Below are positions 51,652 to 62,987 of a stretch of 64,000 bases of DNA, one piece after another. Position 1 is the stretch's first letter; every line of letters begins with the position of its first letter. The notes under the pieces are model-generated. The model saw only the letters and a list, made by a program, of their open reading frames with translations. It was not told the origin of the DNA and did not search any database. Origin of the DNA: Bugula neritina (lineage: Eukaryota; Animalia; Bryozoa); assembly GCA_964035545.1 (NCBI GenBank), contig OZ037770.1:5962729-6026728 (forward strand). Direction: 5' to 3'. Position numbers and translations under genes: made by a program.

Positions 51652-52725
51652 ATGTCTTACGACAACAGATTATGGGGTGAGTTAACTATATTTTGATATG
51701 GAAACTAGATTGCATCGCTCAGCTCCGACTCACTGAGTCAAATGAGCTGGAGATAGGCTAGTGAACTATCGTATTAAGAACTCAGTTTGACTTAGAGATT
51801 TTATAATCTCATTGCAATACGTGTTCTATCTGACTATTCACTACCATAAATCTCTACGAGGTAACTGAACAAGAAGTTGCCAGCCTGTTCAAGCCGACAA
51901 CACTGCAGTGTATTATACTAACACTGTTGAAACTTTTTCAGATTACACTCGACCCGTTACAACCAGGGTATGGGATAGAGCGCTTCCCGCACCGCATCCT
52001 GAGGAGTATACCAATAGTGACCGGCCCGAGCCGCTGCGCCGCCGTTGGCGGTGGATGTCGCCGGAAAACAGAGGAGCAGATAGAAACAGCCTGGGGGTCC
52101 AAAGGAAGAACGCGGTGCCAGATTTGTGATGAAGAGTGCGCCTCTCACCGCTCTTTGAAGCTACATGTCAATGCCCACCTCTTACTCACATTCTGCCCCT
52201 GTGGATATAATGATGTCTACCCCTACCTCGTCACTAGACATCGGGCGACGGGCTGTTTCTCCGGAGAGAATTACGTGGTGGATGCCAAACTCTATCCAGA
52301 ATTCTTAACTCTGATACGACCCCCTAGTGAAGAAGGCGATGTTGTTAGCCGTCCTGACCTCAGGTTTCCAGCGCGTACTAGACTATGCCAGGCAACAATC
52401 TCCGTTGGTATCCGACCGCCCTCAGATTGCGTACACCCCCGAAGAGTTTTCCTATCCCGAAGAAGGAGAGGTCTCCCCTACCCCGACGAAGAGACGAACC
52501 CGGTCTCTAAGTCCCCCTTTTCGTCGCAAACGGACACCATCCCCAGACCCTGCTCGCCTGGCCACAGTGGAGGAATGCCTCTTCTGACTGCAGGAGGAAT
52601 TTACCCAGTTAGCACCGGATCTGCTTAATACCACGACGGGACTTTTCCAACTAAAAGGATCGGTGGGCCGGATTAAACGGAAGTTACGTACATGCCAAGC
52701 CAAACATCGGCGTGCCCAACACTGA
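51652..52725 (+). pseudogene. Spliced accessory ORF3 of the Gypsy element: double zinc finger + coiled-coil protein, disrupted
   Basis: Exon 1 51652-51676 (MSYDNRLW G|gtgagt); intron with TACTAAC (51916-51922) and ctttttcag; exon 2 from 51942. Frameshifts near 52055 and 52322 and a stop at 52585 are inferred from alignment to the intact homolog at 61551-62747. Confidence 0.72.
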
Positions 52726-53020
52726 CTCTGGTTCTGTTGCCCGGAATGATCCACAAACTTCGCCCTCTTGGGAGACCCAAGACTATCATGTAAATGCTTG
52801 ACTGCTCGACAGTTCGACTCCTTGTCCAATACCACAGCTAGCCGGTATTCCTCCTCTATAGCTGGCCAATTGTATGTAACTCGCTGTTATAATGACTCTC
52901 TCTGTTATTATGTATCTTTATCTATATATATTGTCTTTTTCAATTTTGTCTACTGATGTATGTGGGTAATGACGAAATATTTTTTATATCAGAAAGAGGG
53001 CTTTCTGCTGGTGGAGGTGG

Positions 53021-53327
53021 TGTGGTGGCTCGTGGAGCTACCAGCAGCACAGTACGCAGGGTCGCGTTATTGACCCGGAACAATGACAGCCAATTAGCGG
53101 CTTTAATAGTTAGCAGCAGTAGTAGTTTTCCCGCTGTTTGTTAGTCGAAGTTAGAGTGTTAAATAGTCTAGATGTGTGGAACTGTCAAATGTATTTGTAT
53201 CGTTTTTGTAATGTATTATTGTGTTCAAAATATATAGTCGTTCACTCGACTTATCCTGGTGCAGCTCTATAGCGAGTAATTAGACTCTCTGGATTGCATA
53301 TCAACCCTAATTCTGGAAAACATAACA
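53021..53327 (+). repeat. 3' LTR
   Basis: About 96% identical to the 5' LTR, followed by ATAT, preceded by the G-rich imperfect PPT ggtggaggtgg. Confidence 0.95.
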
Positions 53328-55034
53328 ATATGATATTCTCTATGTATTGTAATTAGTCTATTAGGCGTTCCCAATATGGTCTTATTCTAGTAATTGGGTG
53401 CAGATAGATGAGACTGCTTACTATAATATTATTATGCACTAGACCACAGCTTATGGTACTTTGTTAAAGCTTCTCTAGAACTGCAGCATAATTTCTGTTA
53501 CCTAACAGAACCGAGCTAGACTAAGCTGAGAATGGAATATATTTTAGTTTGCATCAAGTTATGTTCAAATAGTGATGAGATATTTTCTACTGATTATAAA
53601 CACTATTTTCATGTTGAAACTTTCTACAAGAATGAAAGATAGTTTCATCTCTTCCATTTAATATATAAATAGAACTTGTTTATCCATGATATAATCTATT
53701 TGTTTACAAAATAGTGCAACTTGATCAGCCTCCTGCTTAAGTTTAGCTGTTTCCTGCATTTCTTCCTATTGCAAGGCCACTTATTTATTAAATTTTAAAG
53801 CTATAGAAGACTACATAACAATACAATGATATATCATCACTCAGCTATGTAAGAGGGGTTGTTGTATCTCTTTTGAGTTGTTTCTATTATTATTGTCTGC
53901 AGAACTTGTTATTGAGGGTGGAGTAGAAATTTTAATCCATATATTGTGGTTAATTTGAAACACAATGCTCATATTTGGTCAAATGTAATTTGAAGCAGAA
54001 TAAATATAGTCATCAATGACAATCAATTTGATTGTTTTTATGACAATAATAGGACCATTCTGTTCAACAATTGAATATATAAAGCAAAAGTTTAATATTT
54101 GTGTGACTTTCAACATGCAGAATCTGAAAATGTCCAACAATTAAATATTAACCAAACTTTATAGTTGTGACTTTTAAAATGCAGATCTTAGACAAGTTGG
54201 CTGCCTTTAGTGTCTTGCTTTGTGCTCAGCTAGTTTCCAGGTGAGTGAAATCTTTCAACTGACACACTATACTATTAAACAAAAAGAGAGAAATTTCGTT
54301 GATGTCAAAATTAGTATTAAATTGTTGGTTTGTGTTCACTTGATATAGTAGAACATAACGGGCAATCTCAAATCAATGAAATGTGTCTTTTCTCTTTTAC
54401 TGTTGAATTTCCATACTTTGAGTTCCTAGACTTGAAAATATACAATAGCTAGCAGAGATGCGGGTCGTTGCAAACGTCTCTCAAACCAACATAATGAGTT
54501 CAGTGCGCAACCAATTTTACGGTTTCTTAGCTTACGTAAACTTTACCTGCAGAGATGCAGCGACAGGAAAATTTTGCCACGGAATCTTTCAACCAATTCC
54601 ATCAGCTAACTTGATTTCCTTGACTGTAGAGGCTAGTTACACCATCTAATATAATTGTATTTGTACAAGATTTAAACTTATAGGTTTGAAAAGTGCTACG
54701 TATTACGTATATTTGAATGATAGATTTACTGGGTAAGTTATTTGTCTCATATGCAATGAGGAGAATCTGTTGGCTACAGCAGAAGAAACTTATACAGCAA
54801 AATAGTTTATTAGTGTCGCTGTTATTTAGTTCATGCATATGCAATTTATTGCCATTCTGTATGAAGGTGAACACTGTACTTGATTCAAAGATTGCTACAA
54901 ACCCAACTAATCTGTTAGCAGATTACTTTAGTCTAAGAAGTAGCTAACAATAGCCTACATATATGTATAAATATCGACTAATTTTCATATATTGTGTACC
55001 ATTTCAATTCGTATCATTTGTGATAAACATGCTA

Positions 55035-55040
55035 CACACA

Positions 55041-55112
<72 letters not shown>

Positions 55113-55135
55113 CACACGCACGCACGCACACACAC
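55035..55135. repeat. (CACG)n microsatellite
   Basis: Direct observation. Confidence 0.95.
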
Positions 55136-55204
55136 ATTTATTGTAGTATATATTGTAGTATATATTGTAATGCATATTGTAGTATAATTATATTGTAGTA
55201 TACT

Positions 55205-56995
55205 CAGGGATGTAGTGGTACCCATACGGTCCCATACGCCGTATGGCCTAGAAGAAAATAGGCTGTTCTTGGCCATACGCCCGTATGGGCATATATTTTT
55301 TGAAAGTGTTACTGATTAGTGCACAGGATAGTTAGGGCATCCTCACTGAGAACATCATAAATTTCGCTCACAATCTAGTTTAAGTTCTTGTGTTAATGCT
55401 ATGTGGGTGGCATGCGTGTTGCCTACTTGTGATTGTTTAGCCTGAGATTACACTATGAATAATAAGCAGCTATCAACATTCCATCTTCTCATCTCTACGT
55501 ATTCACTGAAGCGCGAAGTGCTGCGCATTAGTGATTACTAAGGAAAAAATATTTCATTTTCAGTGTATAAATCACTAATTTGTAGAAAATCTATTAAGGC
55601 TATTGAAAAGATAAAAAAGTTTGCTATGCATAAATTTCTCAGGTTTTCGACAATGTTTGTTTTATTCGAATACTATGCTTTCCTGCTGAGATATTTGGCA
55701 GGGATTGAAAAATAAACTTTTCAGGTAAAATTGGCCAAAATAGTAGATTTTTGTCTATAACCTTGCAAAAAATATTGAAAATTCAAAAAATCAGGTGCTC
55801 TGAGGAACAGGAAGATCTAAAACATAGTTTTTAAATTTTAATTCTAGCACAATTAAGTATGGTTTTATTTGGCGGGACTGAATTCTTATAATATACCAAT
55901 AATGTGGCCTCAGCAAGGCAGTGTCAGCTAGAAAGTCGCCATTATTTATCTTGTGTGGACTTGCATTTTGTCAATAAGCAATGAAATTTGGAAAAAAACC
56001 AACATGAAATCCAGAAATAAAATCAAAATGTCTTCAGGAAACAGTACCAGGTGTGTAGGAGAGGTTAATGAAAATTTATCACTGAGGTCTACAGGTACTA
56101 TATCCACATTTTGGTTGCGTTATTCCATGTTAATTATCAATGCAATGAGGTTTTGCAAACTGTACACCACCATAAGTAACCTTTTATGTTTGATTGTACT
56201 AACGTCTGGCTTTACATTTAATCATCTTCTAGAATCTAGGTTAACACATATTGAACCTGTCAAATTTGTTCTTTTGGGTATATTTCCTTGATGTGTCTAG
56301 TGGAAGCTCAGGGGTTTTACTTTAAAACCAAGTTAACATACTCTTCTTTGGTGTGCTTTATTGTGTGCAAGGAGGTGCGGTGGTATCTCCTTATGGATTA
56401 GACTAGTATACTCTAATAAACTCCAACTAGGTTTTCAACCAATTTCTGCTTCCCAATGAGTTATCAATTCAAATTGCTCTTTATAAATAACCAAGACACA
56501 TTTTCTGATTTGCAATTTTCCTCTGTTCTGTTCTATAATTCTTTTTCTGTGCACGTCAGTGTATTAGATATTTGAAGTAATCAGGTTACATTTGGAGAGC
56601 ACTTGTTACCTGTCTCTATCCTTCCATCTTTTTGAGATCTTCAGCAATTTTTCTGTACAGGTTGGACTTAGTGTCAGTTGAGTAAGACTACATTTAAAAT
56701 TACAGTCAACAGGTATGGGACAATACTAAATACTATATAGTTTGCAGCAATGCCCAGTCGTCATGTAGCTGGTATGGTATGAAAATAATAGTGAGGTGCA
56801 CATTTCAACACAGATTTTTTTCAGAAGAATTAGAATTCACAATAACTTTAAATTGCATAAATTTGCATCAGAAGCGCTCTGAGGGCTTCGGCGGCCGGGG
56901 CGCTGCCCTGGACCCCGCCGGGGGCCTGGGCGGCCCCCTGGACCCCCCCCCCCCCTGAGAGTATGGCCTAGAATATTTTTGCCACTACATCCCTG
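55205..56995. mobile_element. Non-autonomous hAT-superfamily DNA transposon (1791 bp)
   Basis: 14-bp TIR CAGGGATGTAGTGG / CCACTACATCCCTG; 8-bp TSD AGTATACT at 55197-55204 and 56996-57003; subterminal ccatacg/cgtatgg repeats; no transposase ORF. Confidence 0.88.
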
Positions 56996-58979
56996 AGTAT
57001 ACTGAATGTAGGATAGTGAGATAGTTGTCTCCCTTAATGAATTTTCCTGCAATCACCAACTAGAAAATTTGGAACAAGATATACAACTCAATGAATATTA
57101 CAATATGAATATATTATCATTATTACTATCATTAATTGACTCAGAAATGAAATCCAAAAACTAATTTTAGCCGTGAGAAGAAAACTCTGCAGCTCAAGCA
57201 ATAGACAGCGCATTACTTCTTGCCAACGCGAGTATTCCCTTTTCTTTTGCGTTTCCGACTTACTTCCTAGTTTGAGCAGATCGTTACAAAATTGCTAACT
57301 TGTTACACCCACCATTCCTCATTATCGTAATTTCATTAAAGTTTTGCTAAGTTACCAGCTATAGTAACATGTAATAAAACAATTAGGCTACGTATTTCTA
57401 AATTGTGATCATATCTAGCGCCACGTACTCGTTTTGATTGTCAGTCAAAGTTTTCTTTAAGTTAAAATTCAACTTCAAGTTTTATGACTATCACTATGCG
57501 TTTATCATTATCCATTATGATTATGGGTTTTGACTATAACTATAAGTATATCACTATGATTATGATTATCACTATAGTTCAGCTTGCCATCATAATGATA
57601 ATCATTGTCGTAATGATAATCATAAGGATAATCACTTTGACTTTGTCCATATATCTATGAATATTAATATGGCATTATCATTGAGATGCACATAATTTTA
57701 AATGTAATGATAACCATTAACTTTAAGTTAAGGTGATATACTTATAGTTATAGTGATATCTATCAAATAATAGTGGTAATATGTTTTTTTATTATCATAA
57801 CGTGTCAATGATTTCCATTAAAGTATTTATCCGTTTAATAATTAGTGCTGCTATAACTATAAATTAGTAGTACTAATAGTAAATCTAATGATAATTTAAT
57901 GTAAATGTCAATACGAATATGGGTGTACAGTAATTTTATGCTAATCTTAATCCTTATCATAAATCCATGATTGTAATTATAATGTAATACACAATTTAAA
58001 TATAATTGTGAATTGTCAAAATCAGTATGAATATGATATTTTGTGATATATTCATGTGATGTTTGTAGTAGTATGCATTGCAATAGTATTTTTGATGCTG
58101 ATAATGATTAATGACTATTGCTATGCTAATGATTAGCTTCACTATTTATATATTTGATATAGAATCACTATGCTAATTACTTTATAGTTGATCTGCACAA
58201 CTGCAGATTTTAACAGTGACAGCCATTAGCGAATACGATTAATAGTTATGACGAAGTTACACCATGGCATTAAAAATTAATTTGTTATTATTGTTAAATA
58301 GATTTTTGGCTAACTTAAAAGTTTGGATTAAAGTCCTCTAGTGCAATCTTTTTACATTCCCCTTAGTAGTCAAGCCTTACAAGTAGTTGAATGTTTTTAG
58401 GGCAAAGCAAACCACATCTGGTTAACTAGTCGCTAGCCTATAAAATGCTACAAATCCCTTCATTACAGAAATAGCAAATTATAAATAATCTGATAATTTT
58501 CTAGCATGATGTAATGCTGCTGAAAGTAAACTTTTTGGTTTTCAAACAGTGTTTACAATATTACTTTGTTTACTTCTAATGTGGAGAATATTACTTCATT
58601 AATAGCTAATACGTAAAATATTGTCTTTTTTTATATAATATACTGAAGGGAATGCTCAATCCACTTGCTTAATTAATCCGTATGTATCTGTCACAGAAAA
58701 CATTTGATTTAAAGATGTTTTATTTGCATAAATCAATTACTAGTCAGCTATATTTGCTAGGCACACCCATTACATACTTGGACTGTTTTTGTGTTCATGT
58801 TTTGCTTTTTTCAGAGATAATCCTGTTATTTTTATAGATGACTGTATCTGTCTGGACGTGAAATAAGATGTCAAATCTGCTGCTTTTATAGCCTCCAACT
58901 GGTAGATCTCTGGGTACGTGTATTTAAACTATTTATTCAACTCCTGACTTGACTGATTGTCACTGTGAATAGTTAGCAA

Positions 58980-59303
58980 TAATATTCTACCTTACACTAA
59001 TACTCTACCTTGCACTAATATTCTACCTTACACTAATATTCTACCTTACACTAATATTCTACCTTACACTAATACTCTACCTTACACTAATATTCTACCT
59101 TGAACTAATAGTCTACCTTACACTAATAGTCTACCTCACACTAATATTCTACCTCACACTAATATTCTACCTTGCACTAATATTCCACCTTGCACTAATA
59201 TTCTACCTTACACTAATAGTCTACCTTACACTAATATTCTACCAATTACACTAATATTCTACCTTACACTAATATTCTACCTTGAACTAATAGTCTACCT
59301 TGC
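58980..59303. repeat. 18-bp minisatellite (ctaatattctaccttaca), ~18 copies
   Basis: Direct tandem repeats ending just before a putative acceptor (ggtttag ~59313). Confidence 0.93.
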
Positions 59304-60735
59304 ATTGGTTTAGGTGACTGGAAAACACAGGTATTCCAGTAGTTGTGTAGGTATCTTCACCTCACTGTCATCACTCTAAATCCTCTTCTATATAGTAATC
59401 GTCTCTTCCCAGCAGTAAATATAATTATATATATTAAGAGTAGAAATAGTAAAACTAGGTAAGTCTCTAATCAGTACTACAGAGTAGGAGATACAGACTA
59501 CAAGTCTCTGTGTATGTAACCTTGTTATCTAATGATTCAAATTATGTATAGCAGTGCATAGGTATGCTGAAGGGTATCATCTTTTATAGTTGGTTCAGCA
59601 TGGAACAATGACAGACCAAGTGTGATAGTTTCTGTAGCTTTTCTATTTTCATAATCGGTATGGGTGATGATCTCAAACTCCACGCTATTGGCTCTCTACA
59701 ATTATTTTCTACAACAGAAGTTATATAAATAGCTAATTCATACTTGGTCTCATTACACACAATTTGCTATGCAAACTTGACAAAACAGAAAGTGCTACTT
59801 ATATATGAAACGATTAGGAGTGTAGCTATAAGCTGTATGTTTTATTGAGTTTGAATAAATACAAAATACTTAATTTGAATGAGGTGAACATAAGCTACTA
59901 GACCACATGTTTCAAAAGCACTGCAGCTAGTAGAGGTCAGTCAGCTTGTAGAGTTAGTCATGAGATTCCCATGTTTTACTAATTCCCTACATCTTTTTAG
60001 AAAACATAGCTCTGTGTTTATAGTCATGTTGTAGTACTTGGTCTATTTATAGAAGAGTATGTAAACTGCTGGGTGATGATTATTTAATACAGCTTTGTTC
60101 AGGAGTAAAACATTTTGTAATACTTCTGCCTTTGAGGAGTTTTTGAATGCAGTTTCGAATTTTGCAGTTACATTATTATAACTATCTGGCTTGCGTGAAT
60201 ATAAATATTTTAAGAAGTCCTTTGAGATGAGTTCTCCTCATACCCCAAACTGTGTCAAGTCAAATGAAAACTGTCATTAGTCAGCTTAAGTCACAACTTA
60301 TTTTTCTTTCAAGCATTTGAAGCAAAGGAATAGTTTTATTAGTAATGATTATATGCTTACATGTTATAAAATGTATAAGTATTTGAAAAAATTGACAAAT
60401 TATTTCAATTTGTCCACCTGGTGTATTGTTTAGCTGAATTTTGAGAATATCCGTATACTTTACAAAGGGTGAAAATAGCAAGTAATTATATTCTACTACT
60501 TTATATTTAATAGCTGCCTACACATATTTCAGGAAGTTGTGAAACATCTGATGATCTAGTGTATTGTTTAGCCAGATATTCAATATATTTAGAAGTATTC
60601 ATGTACTCTAAGAATATAATGAAGTTGATGAGTAATCATATTATTTTACTTTATATTTAATATCTGTTTTAGGTGGAACTGCTACACTTTAGCTAAAACT
60701 TGTTACCAAGAAAGACAATCCACCATTTGGTAACC

Positions 60736-60748
60736 ATGGCAACTGGTG
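60736..60748 (+). CDS. Probable first coding segment (MATG|) of a gene continuing beyond the window
   Basis: Exon 60673-60748 (ttttag acceptor, ACCATGG Kozak, G|gtgagt donor). Candidate non-coding upstream exons at ~58816-58914 and ~59314-59458. Product not identifiable. Confidence 0.45.
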
Positions 60749-60898
60749 GTGAGTGAATTTAATAACTATTTTATTCAATTGTTTCTGGACTATAAAAATA
60801 TTTCAATACTGATAATAGGATGTAAATTATTATAATTGTATAATTTTGGTTATTATATTTAGTCAACACTGCACAGGCTTCTTATATATGAATAATAC

Positions 60899-61306
60899 TG
60901 TAGTGAATTTTGCCAGTTCACTATTATTATTTGTGGGTCTACTTAATCAAAGCCACTGCGACAGGTTGTTTACGATAAGATACTTTATTATTTACACAAA
61001 TACAAGAAGGTTATTTACTGCTAGCATGAATAGAAAACGATTACATAATTAGTGAGCTTTAATACACAACTGTTCTAAATGAAGTCCCAAGCTGCTCTGC
61101 CGGCTAGCTACTCAGCGCACTGCAACTACGAGTAGCTAGCTCCACCTGCTATCAATTAGTGTCACTGTCCTGATTGGTGGCTACTAATGGTGCCACTACT
61201 GTCCATAGTTACACTCCGACAGTGTCGAACTCGCAAGATACATAAACAATATAGAGTAACCTTTTCGATTAACATAATAGGAATTGCACTACTAAAATCT
61301 ATCACA
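60899..61306 (-). repeat. Putative 3' LTR of the second Gypsy element (~408 bp)
   Basis: Starts with TG right after the polypurine tract, ends ACA, contains a poly(A) signal; the partner LTR is outside the window, so the boundary is unconfirmed. Confidence 0.65.
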
Positions 61307-61550
61307 CTCTCCTCGCCTATCGAAAAGTACTCTCTAGACTTAATATTTACATGACAGTAACACACGAATAATAATGAAGGTAACATAGTGCTTACAAAAC
61401 TGGGGATACAATTGAACAAGAGAAAATATATATACAGAGTAGATAACATAAGTATAATAAATGAGTCTTCACGCCGTAGTCCATGACACCTATTTACACT
61501 GCTTGACTAGCCAGGAGGGGGGGGGGGTACATGTGTAGGTGGCCGCACCT

Positions 61551-62747
61551 CTAGCACTTCTTTGCCAGCCGTTTCTCTAGTCGGGTCTGCAACTTAGCCA
61601 GCTCGGTGGTTGCTCGCTTCTGTTCCTTACTGAGGCGAGCCATACGCCGTTGCACTTTCCTAATGTCGGCTAGTAGGGATTGGTCAGGGTCGCTGTCATC
61701 TCGGGGTGTGTTGCTAGCACCCCTCTTCTTCTTATGGGTGTGTCGGGGTACGTAGGAGATTGTCGTCGTTGGGGGTTGTGAGTCCTTCGTCACAGCGCGT
61801 CCAGCACGGGTTACTACGACGCGTAGAGGTTGGGTGGTTACGTCTGGAGGGTAGGTAGTCGTTGTTTCGGAGGGTTGGGGGTCTGCATCAGAGTCACTCT
61901 CTACTGTAGGTCGGGTAGCGGGGAAGTGGTCCAGGAGAGTCTGTCGTCGGTCCGGGTCAGTCACGTGGGGTAGTATTAGGTCCCGGAACTCCGTGTAAGA
62001 GTCTGCGTCGACTTCATACAAGTGTCCTACGTAACAGTCTCTAGTCCGTTGGTGTCTCAGTATCGTGTCCCGGCAGAAGTGGTGGACTCCGCAGGGACAG
62101 AAAGTCACAGTAAAGTGTTGTGGAACGTGTATTCTCAGTCCCCTAGTAGTCGATAGTATTCTTCTACATTCAGTGCATTGTCTATTGTCGTCCGTTCCTA
62201 CTATTGCTTCTATCAATGTTCGAGTCCGTCGAGTCGTCCAGTTAGTCCGTCCCAGTAAGGCCCTTGGTAGTGCTAGAGTAGTGTCCTTGGCTACAGTCAA
62301 GTCATCAGTCAAGTCGTTGGTATCAATTTGCATCGCAGTGTGTGTCGGGGAGTCCGTAAATGTTGCTAAATGTATGTCGGACAGCATGTCTACCCCTGCT
62401 TCTGACATGCTGTCCCAGTTAGTCGTAGGCGTGTCAAGTAATGCCTGTATCTCGTCGGATACAGGCTCAGTCTCACCTGCAATAGAGTATTTAAATTTAA
62501 TTACACTCTATGCGTGGGACTCCCGTTCCAAACAATATTAAATAATCGAGTCTCACTGTCACTCACTGATCGTGTAATCAGCTGAGTCGACTGTCCCACT
62601 CTAATTATCAATATCATTCGCTGTCAGGAGTTTCAACTTTATCATTATGACAAAGTGAGACTGCTGTCGCTACCAGAATAAATTCTAATTAATTATTATA
62701 GAATTTCTAGTAGACTTACCCCCCAAAACAGTTGCTGCATTAGACAT
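61551..62747 (-). CDS. Intact two-exon accessory gene of Gypsy element 2: C2H2 + CxC-H-C zinc fingers, basic patch, C-terminal coiled coil (~317 aa)
   Basis: Exon 1 62747-62720 (MSNAATVLG G|gtaagt); 243-nt intron; acceptor ctctattgcag; exon 2 62476-61551 in frame with the 285-aa ORF. Contains CTEC-x12-HVPQH, CPC-x12-H-x5-C, HKKKR and heptad-like LLADIRKVQRRMARLSKEQKRATTELAKLQTRLEKRL. Confidence 0.8.
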
Positions 62748-62987
62748 AATGATGCTGCTGCTTTCTTAGGGCTCGTAGATAGCCAAATTATTTATTGCAA
62801 AAGACGTGCTGCCTGTTTGCTAGCTGTAATTGAAAAGAGCGCTCACAGCTAGAGTGCTTATGTAACACCCTATACGCTGTGATTTGGCTACGCTCTGCTG
62901 ACCCCCGGCTGACCTATTCAATCCGCCACTGGGTCGCCTGCTATCAATTACCTCGCTCCCCCAGACTCCTTTGTGAATGTCGCCATA

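Larger units (their letters stand above)
45815..53327 (+). mobile_element. Full-length, inactivated Ty3/Gypsy LTR retrotransposon (7.5 kb)
   Basis: LTRs 45815-46122 and 53021-53327 (TG...CA; ~12 substitutions plus 1 indel by eye). 4-bp TSD ATAT on both sides, PBS at 46124-46141, gag, then pol in PR-RT-RH-IN order. Confidence 0.96.

Noticed and set aside
51927-52628. ORF after pol as an env gene
   Set aside because: No signal peptide, furin/fusion peptide arrangement or TM anchor; carries zinc-finger ligands instead.
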